A DNA stretch of 64,000 nucleotides from Chamaesiphon sp. GTDB taxonomy: Bacteria > Cyanobacteriota > Cyanobacteriia > Cyanobacteriales > Chamaesiphonaceae. This document shows, piece after piece, positions 43,136 through 52,783 of the stretch (its first letter is position 1; the number at the start of each line of letters is the position of its first letter). The notes beneath the pieces were generated by a model that was given only the letters and a program-made list of their open reading frames with translations, did not search any database and was not told the origin of the DNA. Position numbers and translations under genes: made by a program. The stretch lies in the NCBI GenBank assembly GCA_965246715.1, contig CBDFFH010000002.1, positions 192,001-256,000 on the forward strand. Reading direction: 5' to 3'.

Positions 43136-43552
43136 AAATGTCGATCGTGCCAAAGTGGGATTTCTCCCTGTAATAGGTTTGAGGCTCGATCGATCGGTAT
43201 TGAGGAGCATCTTTATATCCTGTTGACATTATCGATCGATTAGCTTGGGTTTAGTCGATCGTGTCGTGGTTAATTCGATCGTTACAATATTTTTGGTGAC
43301 ATTAATACGCGATCGATTTTGCTTATATCACTCTACAACTGTTAATTTGAAGCCATAGGGTTTCGTCCCAATTCTTCGCGTAACACTCGTCTCAAAGTTG
43401 ATTCTAGTAGAATTTCTCCCTGTAGGTTGGGTTGAAGCCCGCGAAACCCAACAATCCCAGTGTTTGAGGCTCGATCGATTGCTATTGAGGAGCATCTTTG
43501 TACCCTGTAGGAATGATCGATCGACATTAATAACGTTTAGTTTCGCTTGATT

Positions 43553-43972
43553 TTACTCGATCGTCCAATTTTCAACCAGCAGATTGGGTATTCGATCGAA
43601 ATCTCGTGCATTTCTCGATAGTAAGATACCTTGGTTTGCTAAAACGATCGAGGCAATACGTAAATCTTGAGTACCAACTCGAATTCGTTGTGACTTTAGC
43701 TCTCGATAGATAGATTGAGCTTCTACTGTAAACTGCAAGACTTCAAATTCAGACAATAACTTTACTGTTTCCGACAGCCATCGATAAGCATTAGCCAGTA
43801 CATCCCCATCTTTAGCCTCAGATATTTGGGCGAGTCTACCGCGCACTTGTTCCTCAACATTAATTGCGGTAGTCGTCAAAACGATCGACTGTTGTTGCAA
43901 TCTATCTATCAATACCGGATGATTCCTGCCATAGAGACTGAGATGGTCGGTATCGAAAACATAAAGTGTCAT
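43553..43972 (-). CDS. VapC/PIN toxin
   Basis: FDTDHLS, INVEEQ..G, GTQDLRIASI and SRNARDF. Confidence 0.9.
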   Translation of the reverse strand: MTLYVFDTDHLSLYGRNHPVLIDRLQQQSIVLTTTAINVEEQVRGRLAQISEAKDGDVLANAYRWLSETVKLLSEFEVLQFTVEAQSIYRELKSQRIRVGTQDLRIASIVLANQGILLSRNARDFDRIPNLLVENWTIE

Positions 43973-44268
43973 ATTTCATCTTCGCACTCATTGGCAACTT
44001 GACGAATATGAACGAGTTTTTCGATTAGATCGTCGAAGGTTGGATCGTTCTCTAAAATACCCGCATACTGCATTGGCGTAGAATTAATCTTAGGTTCGAT
44101 CGAAATTGTCACAATCTTACCTGTTGACAATTGCGACTCTAACTCGGTTTTGGCATTAGCGATCGCTTCACCTTCTGTATTCCCATCAGCAGCGATAGAG
44201 GGGATTTCAAGTACGGAAGCAGTAAAACCCCGATCCGAACGACTTTTAACAAAAACTTGATACTGCAT
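43969..44268 (-). CDS. HicB-fold putative antitoxin
   Basis: FTASVLEIP..ADGNTEGEAIANAK; ATGA overlap with vapC. Confidence 0.75.
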   Translation of the reverse strand: MQYQVFVKSRSDRGFTASVLEIPSIAADGNTEGEAIANAKTELESQLSTGKIVTISIEPKINSTPMQYAGILENDPTFDDLIEKLVHIRQVANECEDEI

Positions 44269-44539
44269 TTTTTAGCCTAAGTCTCAGTTATTACTAGTAT
44301 TGCATATTCATCCTGTAAATAGTCCGATTACCGACCGTACCTACGCGAACGAGTCAGGAGCGTTAGTAGCTAGATCTCTCTCCGTAGCTTGGATTGAGCC
44401 TTGAAGCCCGACAATTCCTGTGATTGAGGCTCAATCGCTGTTGAGGAGCATCTTTATCCTCTGTCGGAATGATCGATCGATTAGTTTGGGTTTGGTCGTT
44501 GGCGAAGCCTACCGGAGGTAATCGTTGTTGAGTCGATCG

Positions 44540-44954
44540 TTAGCAGCGAGTAATTTCGATCGTGTTTTGCGATCGCCCAAAACAGACATCAAATTCTCGA
44601 AAGAAGTTAGTTTGCCCAAGAATCAAAGGCACCTCAGAGGATTGTACCCAAGCAAATGCTAGACGAACTGATTCCAGATCCCCTATTTGAATATGCAGAA
44701 ATAAACCTCGTGCTTCAACCTTTGCAAGATTTCCAGCCAATGGTAAACGAACAGTTTGTCTCTCCCAAATTGCACCCAATTGTAACCCGATATCATAAGG
44801 CAATAGATTGACCGTAGAACCACTATCTAACAATGCATTCGCCGAGACAGCAAAGTTTGCATAATTCAGCTCGATCGGAATCATCGGTAATGCTTCATCG
44901 TCAGCAAAGGGAAACTCGTTCGCGTAGCGTACCGGAGGTAATCTTCCTAGACAT
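44540..44954 (-). pseudogene. Retropepsin-like (LLDSGS) protein frameshifted by a 22-nt insertion
   Basis: Removing 44919-44940 restores MSRKIEFPFADDEALPMIPIEL.. from an ATG overlapping the upstream gene; ILGQTNFF motif. Confidence 0.8.
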
Positions 44955-45165
44955 GAGTAGATGCCTCTTGGTCATCCCGAATCATCTGCATCAGAACATT
45001 TGCAGCTTCTGTTGCATCGTAAGGCGACCAAACCGGATACTCTGATGCAGAAAAGATAACTTGTAACTCAGCATCTGGAACTTGCGCGGCTAGAAGTTTG
45101 AAAAGTGATAATTTGTCTGGCTGACTTAGATTGTTTACCAAAGGAATTACTTCAGCTAGAGACAT
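44947..45165 (-). CDS. Small antitoxin-like partner
   Basis: LSQPDKLSL..EYPVWSPYDATEAA; overlaps the downstream gene. Confidence 0.65.
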   Translation of the reverse strand: MSLAEVIPLVNNLSQPDKLSLFKLLAAQVPDAELQVIFSASEYPVWSPYDATEAANVLMQMIRDDQEASTHV

Positions 45166-45388
45166 AGTTTAAACTCCCAGACCTACGACAATGCATCTAT
45201 CATAAGCGATCTGTGAGGTGTTGTCTAACAAACCCGTTGCACATCAACCGTGTCAAGTTTGGCTGCCTAAATCGGAGAAGTCATTAGTGAGATTTTCTCC
45301 CCGTATAAACCCAACACTTCCAGTGTTTGAGGGTCGATTAATTGCCATTGAGGAGCACTTTATATTCTGTCGAAATTATCGATCGATT

Positions 45389-45793
45389 TTATGCCAAAAA
45401 TAGTTTTGAGGGCAGGTTAAAACGATCGCTTAATTTTTCCGCTTGAGTAATATCGATCGATCTCTTGCCATCGATAACTTCAAGTACTCGATCGCTAGAG
45501 CCAAATATACCAACTAAATCTGCTGGCTGAACATCGTTCGCATCCATTAAATGTAGCAGTCGGCTGTGGGGAGTCGATAGATTTTGAGATGGATAATGTT
45601 CTGATTCAAATTTTTCAACTAAGATGACAAACAGATCGATTAACCGTTCTTCTTCACCGCTAACTGTCTCCTTACTCATTGATGTTTCGATGATTCCCAG
45701 TACCCGTTCGTATTCTGCTTGCGATCGAATTGGCTGCGGTAATACATCCGCTAAGAGATTGGCATAGGCTTGACGATTAAAAGTAAGGGTCAT
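45389..45793 (-). CDS. higA: HigA-family antitoxin (HTH)
   Basis: PQPIRSQAEYE..LVEKFE..LLHLM..EVIDGKRSI. Confidence 0.85.
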   Translation of the reverse strand: MTLTFNRQAYANLLADVLPQPIRSQAEYERVLGIIETSMSKETVSGEEERLIDLFVILVEKFESEHYPSQNLSTPHSRLLHLMDANDVQPADLVGIFGSSDRVLEVIDGKRSIDITQAEKLSDRFNLPSKLFLA

Positions 45794-46076
45794 TTTTCCA
45801 GTTATCCTTATCGTATTCGGCGTGAGTGAGAAAGTATTTAAAGTAGACTAGCTGCCTAGAATAGTTGATGGAAACAATCAGTCGATAGCGATTGCCTTTA
45901 ATGTTAAATACCGTAAAGTTTCCTACAGCTTCTGCGGAAGCATAGGTTTGTTGAACCTCTGTCAGGTTTTGCCAGGTTACAACTTTAACGATTTCATTCC
46001 AATCTTCAATTTGGGTAGCAATGTCGGAAAATTTAGCAGCAGCTTCCCACAACCTACTAATTGCAATGAGGTGCAT
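45777..46076 (-). CDS. higB: HigB-family toxin
   Basis: VFNIKGNRYRLI..FLTHAEYDK. Confidence 0.9.
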   Translation of the reverse strand: MHLIAISRLWEAAAKFSDIATQIEDWNEIVKVVTWQNLTEVQQTYASAEAVGNFTVFNIKGNRYRLIVSINYSRQLVYFKYFLTHAEYDKDNWKNDPYF

Positions 46077-46533
46077 ATTATCTGCGGAATTCTGGTCTAG
46101 TAAATAGTTTAACGCTAAATCGCACCTTTTTATGAGCGTTGGCGTTGGCGTAGCCTCTGCCTGAGCAGAAGCCGCGCCGAGATGTAATCGCTATTAATTC
46201 GGTTGAGCCTTGAAACCCAATAATCTCAGTGTTTGAGGCTCGATCGATCTCTATTGAGGAGTATCTTTATATCCTGTCGGAATTATCGAGCGATTATTTT
46301 GGGTTTGGTCGATCGTGGTTAATTCGATTGAGCCTTGAAACCCAATAATCTCAGTGTTTGAGGCTCGATCGTTGGCGAAGCCTACCGGAGGTAATCGGTA
46401 TTGAGGAGTATCTTTATATTCTGTCGAAATTATCGATCGATTATCTATTTCGAGGAACCCAACAATTTTAGTGTTTGAGGTTCGTTCGCATAGCGTACCG
46501 GAGGTAATCGATCGCTATTGAGGAGTATCTTTA

Positions 46534-47763
46534 CTCACATCTTGCACCAGAATATAAGTACTAGATTTAGATCGAGACTAATTCCAAGGCAAGACCCTGC
46601 GAGAGCAGAAAGTCTCGCTTCCGATCGATTTCTACTAAAAGTAAACTCACTGCGATCTGTGGCATTAACTGTTGAAGTGCCAGCTCAGATTCCTGTCTCC
46701 ACTCAGGCGGAAGGCTTACGTTTGAGGATAAATAGACCCAGTGGGTGAGTACAAAACTAATAAAGCTCAGAAGCAGCCAACGGTATACACCTAAAAGTGT
46801 TTGTTGACCGAAGCTAGCCAGCCCAAATCGATATTTAGCAGTCTTGAAAAATCCTTCAATTGCCCATCGACGACTGCCCCACCAAGCAATCGTACTGCCT
46901 TTAAGAGCGCGGGTCGAAATCACAAATCTTTTCTCCAACTTACCATCCCGTTTTAAGTAGAACCAGGAAGCCGTAACCACGCCCTCTAAACCTGATAGCT
47001 TAACTTGTTGACCCTTCTTGCCTAGCATCTTCATCTGTCTCCCATCTGCCAGTTTCCGGTTATTCGGTATACCAACAATTGCTTGATGACGAAGTTTTTT
47101 GACCCCGTTGAGGAATTCGACACTACTAAATCCAGTATCGGCTAATACTTGGACTCGAAAGCGGTAAGTGAGTTTCTTGGGCAAGGTGCGGAGCAATTTT
47201 AGCCCCAATTGAGCAGGAGTAGTTGTGCCTTTACCACGCCAGGAACGGAACGCCCAAGGTATTCTCCACTGTCCAACGACTAAGTACAGTACAACCAAAT
47301 GCAGTCCTCGCTTACCGTTGAGAATATGTATCAACGTTGCAAATGCTTTGAATTTCCCCCTTTTCTCCAATGTAGTCAGATCGATAATTACCTGCAAGTA
47401 AGGTCTTTGTCCTTTGGCTGTGTAATTACTCAACTGTTTCAAAATATGTTGGCGAGTCGTACGAATCACGGCTCTGGTTGGCCACCCATATTCATTGAAA
47501 AATCTGCTCAAAGCCGCAGGTGATTTAATCACCCCATGTTCTGGTAACATTTGACCATTCTTAGGTTCCATAAATAGAGCGAAACTAGCTTGGAGACTAA
47601 GTTTCTGATAGGGACTGGGCATCAGCTCTAACAACGTGTAGAGTATTAATTGGGCGTACGGGAGAATGGTATTCACTGTTCTCATCAATGTTTTTACACG
47701 CCCTTTTTCTCATATTTTGACTCCTGCGAAAATCAGTTGTTATGTACTGGTGCAAGATGTGAG
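46534..47763 (-). mobile_element. IS701-like element inserted inside one repeat copy
   Basis: 17-bp IR CTCACATCTTGCACCAG; 4-bp TSD TTTA; the flanks rejoin to GAGTATCTTTATATCCTG. Confidence 0.88.
46567..47688 (-). CDS. DDE transposase (IS701/IS4-like)
   Basis: IIDLT, LADTGF and RWAIEGFFKTAK. Confidence 0.88.
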   Translation of the reverse strand: MMRTVNTILPYAQLILYTLLELMPSPYQKLSLQASFALFMEPKNGQMLPEHGVIKSPAALSRFFNEYGWPTRAVIRTTRQHILKQLSNYTAKGQRPYLQVIIDLTTLEKRGKFKAFATLIHILNGKRGLHLVVLYLVVGQWRIPWAFRSWRGKGTTTPAQLGLKLLRTLPKKLTYRFRVQVLADTGFSSVEFLNGVKKLRHQAIVGIPNNRKLADGRQMKMLGKKGQQVKLSGLEGVVTASWFYLKRDGKLEKRFVISTRALKGSTIAWWGSRRWAIEGFFKTAKYRFGLASFGQQTLLGVYRWLLLSFISFVLTHWVYLSSNVSLPPEWRQESELALQQLMPQIAVSLLLVEIDRKRDFLLSQGLALELVSI

Positions 47764-47935
47764 TTTATATCCTGTTGGAATTATCGATCGATTAGCTTTG
47801 GATTTTGTCGATCGCTTTGCCGACGTTTTTAGTCAGGGCTTGTAAGAGCGATCGATTTAAAAGCTTCTTAAATCGATCGCCATACCCCAACAACCAGTGA
47901 GTTATAATCGACATACGAGACTCAGAAACAACCGT

Positions 47936-48295
47936 ATGACTAGCAGCGAAATTAGCTATACCGAAGCACAGAGTAATTTAAGCGTTCTGCTCGATCGCGT
48001 AGCAGATAGCAAAGATATTATTATAGTCAAACGAGACGGCACCGATAAAAACGTCGCTCTCATTGCCGAAACAGATCTCAGCAGCCTCTTAGAAACGGTC
48101 TATCTACTGAGATCTTCCGCCAACGCAACTAGACTGCATCGGGCAATCGATCGAGCCAAACAAAGAGATCTCCAAGGCTACAGCCATACAGAACCAGAGA
48201 ACCCATCACAATCGATCGCTGCATTATGTGAGGAGTTAGGAATTGTGGCTCTTCACTACTTAGTATGCTCGATCGATAGCAAATGTGGCAAATAG
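47936..48295 (+). CDS. yefM: Phd/YefM antitoxin (C-terminus extended into ISL3)
   Basis: SYTEAQSNL..SLLETVYLLRSSANATRL. Confidence 0.85.
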   Translation: MTSSEISYTEAQSNLSVLLDRVADSKDIIIVKRDGTDKNVALIAETDLSSLLETVYLLRSSANATRLHRAIDRAKQRDLQGYSHTEPENPSQSIAALCEELGIVALHYLVCSIDSKCGK

Positions 48296-49682
48296 AAATT
48301 AATCAATATGTGAAATTGCCATAAAAGTGGAGTGATAATTGACATTGGGGGCATTTTGTTATTAAGTATAATCTAATTGAAAGCGATCTTGAGACAAACC
48401 AGAAGAAAATGCTCACCAAAAAGGAAATACAACTACTAACAGAAGTACTAAATCTAGCGGGAGTAAAAGTAAATGCCAAGCACCAACATGAAGGAATTGG
48501 AATAATTTTAGGAGTTGAGTCGAGCGAAAAAATAAGTGTTTGCCAACGCTGTGGTTTGAAAAGCGACAAGTTACACCAAAACCATCGGCAAATAATCAAA
48601 GATTTGGATTGGGGAGGGCAAGCGGTATTTTTAGAAATAAATAGAAGACAATTCAACTGCGAAAAATGCCAGAAACCATTTAGCGAAGAATTAGAATTTG
48701 TCAAGTCAAGAAGAAGATACACGAAAAGATTAGCAGATCGGATAATAGAAGAAGTATTAGCAGATGACATTAGGAGTGTAGCGAAGAAGGGGAAGGTAAC
48801 AGAGAAAGAAATAGAAAGAATGCTAAAGGATGCATCAGGAGATTTATCAAAAATAAAACCAATAGGATTAAAAAGATTAGGGATAGACGAAATAGCATTG
48901 ATTAAAGGGCAGGGAAAATATTGTGCAGTATTAATAGACATAGATCGTTCTAAATTATTGGCAATTATCGAGGGAAGAACCAAAGAAGAAATTAAGAAAG
49001 TCCTGAGAGAGTGGGGGTCAGAGGTATTAGAAGGAATCGAAGAAGTAAGCATAGACTTATGGCAGGGATATAAAAGTCTAGCAATAGAAATGATGCCAAA
49101 AGCTCAGATAGTAGCAGATCGATTCCATATAATGGTACAAATAAATCAAGAATTAGATGGAGAAAGAAAGAAGGAGAAGCGAAAAATCGAAGCAGAAATA
49201 AAGCAAGCAAAAACCCCAGAAGAAAAAGCGGAGAAAGCGGCTATATTAGCAGGAATAACTAATAGTAAGTATCCAATATTGAAAAACGAAGAAGACTTAA
49301 ATGAAGAACAGAAAGACAAGCTAGCTCAGGTAAAAAATGTATCAAGTCAGCTCGGAAAAATGCATCAATTGAAAGAGGATTTTCGAGAAATATTTGAGAA
49401 AAAGGAAAACTGGAATGAGGGATTACTAGGCTTAGGGGAATGGCTGTCAAAAGCTCAAAAATATTTTGTCAAAAGTCAAGGGACAATTTATCGATGGTTT
49501 GATGAAATACTGGCTTATTTTGACAATGGAACAACTAGTGGAGTAGTGGAGGGAATTAATAACAAGCTAAAACTAATCAAACGTTCAGCATATGGATTTA
49601 CTAATTTTGAGAATTTCCGAAATAGATGCTTGCTTAATTGGCACTTCAATCATTAATTTGGCATACTAACTAGTGAAGAGCC
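48247..49682 (+). mobile_element. ISL3-family IS (distinct from the 24092 element)
   Basis: IR GGCTCTTCACTA.TTAGTATGC; 8-bp TSD GGAATTGT. Confidence 0.93.
48409..49656 (+). CDS. ISL3-family transposase
   Basis: LGIDE, ADRFH and EGINNKLKLIKR. Confidence 0.95.
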   Translation: MLTKKEIQLLTEVLNLAGVKVNAKHQHEGIGIILGVESSEKISVCQRCGLKSDKLHQNHRQIIKDLDWGGQAVFLEINRRQFNCEKCQKPFSEELEFVKSRRRYTKRLADRIIEEVLADDIRSVAKKGKVTEKEIERMLKDASGDLSKIKPIGLKRLGIDEIALIKGQGKYCAVLIDIDRSKLLAIIEGRTKEEIKKVLREWGSEVLEGIEEVSIDLWQGYKSLAIEMMPKAQIVADRFHIMVQINQELDGERKKEKRKIEAEIKQAKTPEEKAEKAAILAGITNSKYPILKNEEDLNEEQKDKLAQVKNVSSQLGKMHQLKEDFREIFEKKENWNEGLLGLGEWLSKAQKYFVKSQGTIYRWFDEILAYFDNGTTSGVVEGINNKLKLIKRSAYGFTNFENFRNRCLLNWHFNH

Positions 49683-49686
49683 GGAA

Positions 49687-50010
49687 TTGTCCGCTAAAAA
49701 GAAAGATAAAAATCGCTCTGAAAATTCTCAACCAGAAATAATTATCGTTCAAAGGCAGATTATTTTTGATGAAGATTTCCGAGAAGATTTGCAATGGTGG
49801 TATCGGCAAGGCGTTCAAAAAGCCAACAAAATACTCGATCTAGTAGAATCCATTTGTATAGATCCATTTTTAGGAATTGGTAAACCAGAACCACTAAAAT
49901 TCATGGAAGCAAATACATGGTCGAGAAGGATAGATTTAGAGCATCGACTAATTTATCGAGTTCAAAATGAATCTATTCAATTCTTACAAGCTCGTTACCA
50001 TTATGAGTGA
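49687..50010 (+). CDS. yoeB: Txe/YoeB toxin
   Basis: FREDLQWW..PFLGIGKPEPLK..WSRRIDLEHRLIY..QARYHY. Confidence 0.93.
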   Translation: MSAKKKDKNRSENSQPEIIIVQRQIIFDEDFREDLQWWYRQGVQKANKILDLVESICIDPFLGIGKPEPLKFMEANTWSRRIDLEHRLIYRVQNESIQFLQARYHYE

Positions 50011-50275
50011 GATTTTTTCCCGTAGGTTGGATTTAAGCCTGCGAAGCCCAACAATCCCAGTGTTTGAGGCTCGCTCGTTGGCGAAGCCTACCGGAGGTAA
50101 TCGCTATTGAGGAGCATCTTTAATATCCTGTTAAGATTATTGCTCGATCGATTAGCTGGGGTTTGGTCGATCGTTGTTGATTCAATCGATTGCCTCGATA
50201 CTTTACTCGTTGGCGGAGCCTCTCATGAGAGAATCGGGTAAAATTAGGAGGCTGTAGTAAATTGCGGTGTAAACT

Positions 50276-50518
50276 ATGACAGAACTGCTTCAACAGGTAA
50301 TCGCCCAAATCGAACAACTGCCAATCGATCGACAAGAGGCGATCGCGGCTCGGTTTCTGGCAGAATTGGCGGAAGAACAACAAGCTGAGAACGTATGGGT
50401 TGAAGATGTCCGATCGAAAATTGATGCTGCCATTTCAGCCTCAGAGCAAACGCCACCGATCGATGGCGAAACCTTCGTTAACCAAATTTTAGAGCGGTTT
50501 CAGCGCGATCGGGTGTAA
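50276..50518 (+). CDS. Putative antitoxin (ParD-like C-terminus)
   Basis: Small ORF directly upstream of a ParE-like gene. Confidence 0.68.
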   Translation: MTELLQQVIAQIEQLPIDRQEAIAARFLAELAEEQQAENVWVEDVRSKIDAAISASEQTPPIDGETFVNQILERFQRDRV

Positions 50519-50524
50519 ACATAC

Positions 50525-50824
50525 ATGAGTCTCTATGTTATTAACGTTCTTGCCAGTCGAGATCTGATTGAAATCGCTGACTACTTTGCTGAAACCAATG
50601 TAGAAGTAGGCGAACGATTTTTTAAAGAATTTAATAGCAAGTGTCAACAACTAGTTTCCTTTCCCAGCAGTGGTAAAAGCTATGGAGCAATTCGCCCAGA
50701 TCTCAGAGGACTATCTCTCGAAGGTTATATTATTTTCTACCGTATTCTCGATGATGGCATCGAAATCCTCAGAGTTGTTAGTGGTCGTCGTAATCTTCCA
50801 GCACTTTTTAGCGACCCAGACTGA
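50525..50824 (+). CDS. RelE/ParE toxin
   Basis: ASRDLIEIADY..FPSSG..YIIFYR..IEILRVVSGRR. Confidence 0.9.
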   Translation: MSLYVINVLASRDLIEIADYFAETNVEVGERFFKEFNSKCQQLVSFPSSGKSYGAIRPDLRGLSLEGYIIFYRILDDGIEILRVVSGRRNLPALFSDPD

Positions 50825-51088
50825 TTAACTGAGTGGGTTTTCTTTCCGTAAGTTGGGTTGAAGCCCTCGGAACTCATCAATCTCAGTTTTGAGGCTCGTT
50901 CGCATAGCGTACCGAAGGTAATCGTTGGCGAAGCCTACCGGAGGTAATCGCTATTGATGAGTATCTTTACATTCTGTTGAAATTATGGCTCGATCGATTG
51001 GCTTTGGTTTAGTCGATCGTGGTTGATTCGATCGATCTTTGGTGTGATGGTTTTGGGATCGATCGATACGAATGACGGTCGAACGAGA

Positions 51089-51448
51089 TTATTGGAGTAA
51101 GATATCTGCCGGAATATCCAACTGACCGTGAAGTGCGCGAATCATTTCTAGCGTTAAAGTTTGACGTTTAGACATTACTTCTGACACTAAATATTCGCTA
51201 CCAATAATTGGAATTAGATCGGCCTTCAATCGATCTGACTGTTCTAGTCGAAACTCGATCGCGGCGATCGGATCTGGTAATCCGATTGGAAAATATTTAT
51301 CTTCATATAACTCAATCAGAGTTGCCAGTACTTCTAATTCATCAGCTTCAGGTGTATTCGGCTAAGATGACATCAAAGCTCCCGCTCGTTCCAATGCATC
51401 CTGATAATCAGTTTCAGTTTTAATCGGTCTAATTAAAGCAGTATTCAT
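51089..51448 (-). pseudogene. HigA-like antitoxin with an internal TAG at 51362-51364
   Basis: Manual translation: MNTALIRPIKTETDYQDAL..SS*PNTPEADELEVLATLIELYE..PDPIAAIEFR..LTLEMIRALH. Confidence 0.82.
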
Positions 51449-51572
51449 ATTAACTCTACATCAATGGTATCGTAATCTTGATGAGTTCCAACAAATCGGA
51501 TAAAAATAATCTGTGTGGATCGCGTTGAATTAGCCACAGAAATACATGAGTATCCAGCAAAAACCGACCCAT
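51445..51572 (-). pseudogene. Fused remnants: vapC 5' end plus higB 3' end
   Basis: MGRFLLDTHVFLWLIQRD joined at CGATC (51518-51522) to QIIFIRFVGTHQDYDTID. Confidence 0.8.
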
Positions 51573-51784
51573 TACATATATTCCTGTAAATCATCTAAAG
51601 GCGCATTAAAATCATCAGACATCCACACCTCTTCCTTCCAGATGCCGAAAGCATTTTTTCGATCTAGTGGGGGTGTTTGCACCGACTGATTATGCTTTGC
51701 AACCAAACCCTCAATATATTGCAGGGCTTCCTGTTGCACCGACTCTGGTAGTCGCTGAATTTGTTCGAGGAGTGTTTGCTCCAT
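51572..51784 (-). CDS. DUF2281-like antitoxin (orphaned)
   Basis: IQRLPESVQQE..FGIWKEEVWMSDDFNAPL. Confidence 0.8.
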   Translation of the reverse strand: MEQTLLEQIQRLPESVQQEALQYIEGLVAKHNQSVQTPPLDRKNAFGIWKEEVWMSDDFNAPLDDLQEYM

Positions 51785-52157
51785 ACGATTATCAAGGGCA
51801 ATAAATATGTACCCGTATTTTAGCTCAAACCTATGGAAGCGCACTCATAAGTATCAAAGTGAAATAATTTAGCTAGGGATATTTCTCCCTCTAGGCTGAA
51901 TTGAAGCCTGCTAAACTCAACAATCCCAGTGTTTGATGCTCGATCGTTGGCGAAGCCTACCGGAGGTAATCGCTATTGAGGAGCATCTTTATACCCTGTC
52001 GAAATTATCGATCGATTAGCTTGGGTTTGGTCGTTGGCGAAGCCTACCGGAGGTAATCGTCGTTAATTCGATCGCGAAGCGTGGGCTTTGCCCAATCGTT
52101 GCAACATTTGTGGTAACATTGAGAAGATATCGATCCTCTATCTAGCCAAAAATACTT

Positions 52158-52379
52158 ATGCTGCTAAATATCAAAAAACGCGGTAACTCACTGAGTATCA
52201 TTGTCCCCAAAGAAATGGCAACGAGTATGAGTGTTGAAGATGGCGATACCCTCTTCGCCACCAAAACACCATCGGGATATGAGATTTCCGCATACGAGCC
52301 TAGTTTCGCAGCTAAAATGGAAGCGGCTCGACAAGGAATGAAAAAATATCGCAATGCCTTAATCGAGTTAGCAAAATGA
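52158..52379 (+). CDS. AbrB/MazE-type antitoxin
   Basis: KRGNSLSIIVPKE..KYRNALIELAK. Confidence 0.87.
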   Translation: MLLNIKKRGNSLSIIVPKEMATSMSVEDGDTLFATKTPSGYEISAYEPSFAAKMEAARQGMKKYRNALIELAK

Positions 52380-52783
52380 GCGAACCTTGTTGGCTAGATA
52401 CTCGTGATGTTTGTGCCATTCACAATGAAATCATTGTTCAATCTGGTGGTGATGCTGGCATCCTCAATGAAGGTGCTTTGGAATCAACCTTAAATAAACC
52501 CAAAAATCTGTATTGCTATGCTGATGAAATAACTTTATTCCCATTAGCAGCCGCTTATGGCTATGGGCTTGTCAAGAATCATTGTTTTATCGATGGTAAC
52601 AAAAGGATCGCGCTGATTGCTGTGTACACATTTCTATCGATTAATGGAATCGAACTGACAGCATCAGAAATTGATGCTGCAAATTTTTTCTTGGAGCTAG
52701 CAGCAAGTCAGGAAAATCAAGAAGAAGGAATGAGTAGATTGGTAAACTGGCTGCAAATCAATAGTGAGATTTCTCCACTGTAG
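52376..52783 (+). CDS. doc: Doc (death-on-curing) Fic-family toxin
   Basis: HCFIDGNKR motif; ATGA overlap with the antitoxin. Confidence 0.9.
   Translation: MSEPCWLDTRDVCAIHNEIIVQSGGDAGILNEGALESTLNKPKNLYCYADEITLFPLAAAYGYGLVKNHCFIDGNKRIALIAVYTFLSINGIELTASEIDAANFFLELAASQENQEEGMSRLVNWLQINSEISPL

Noticed and set aside
43342..43527. 61-aa ORF as a real gene
   Set aside because: Most of it is the reverse translation of the repeat. Only the LESTLRRVLREEL tail might be an antitoxin remnant, which is too short to support.
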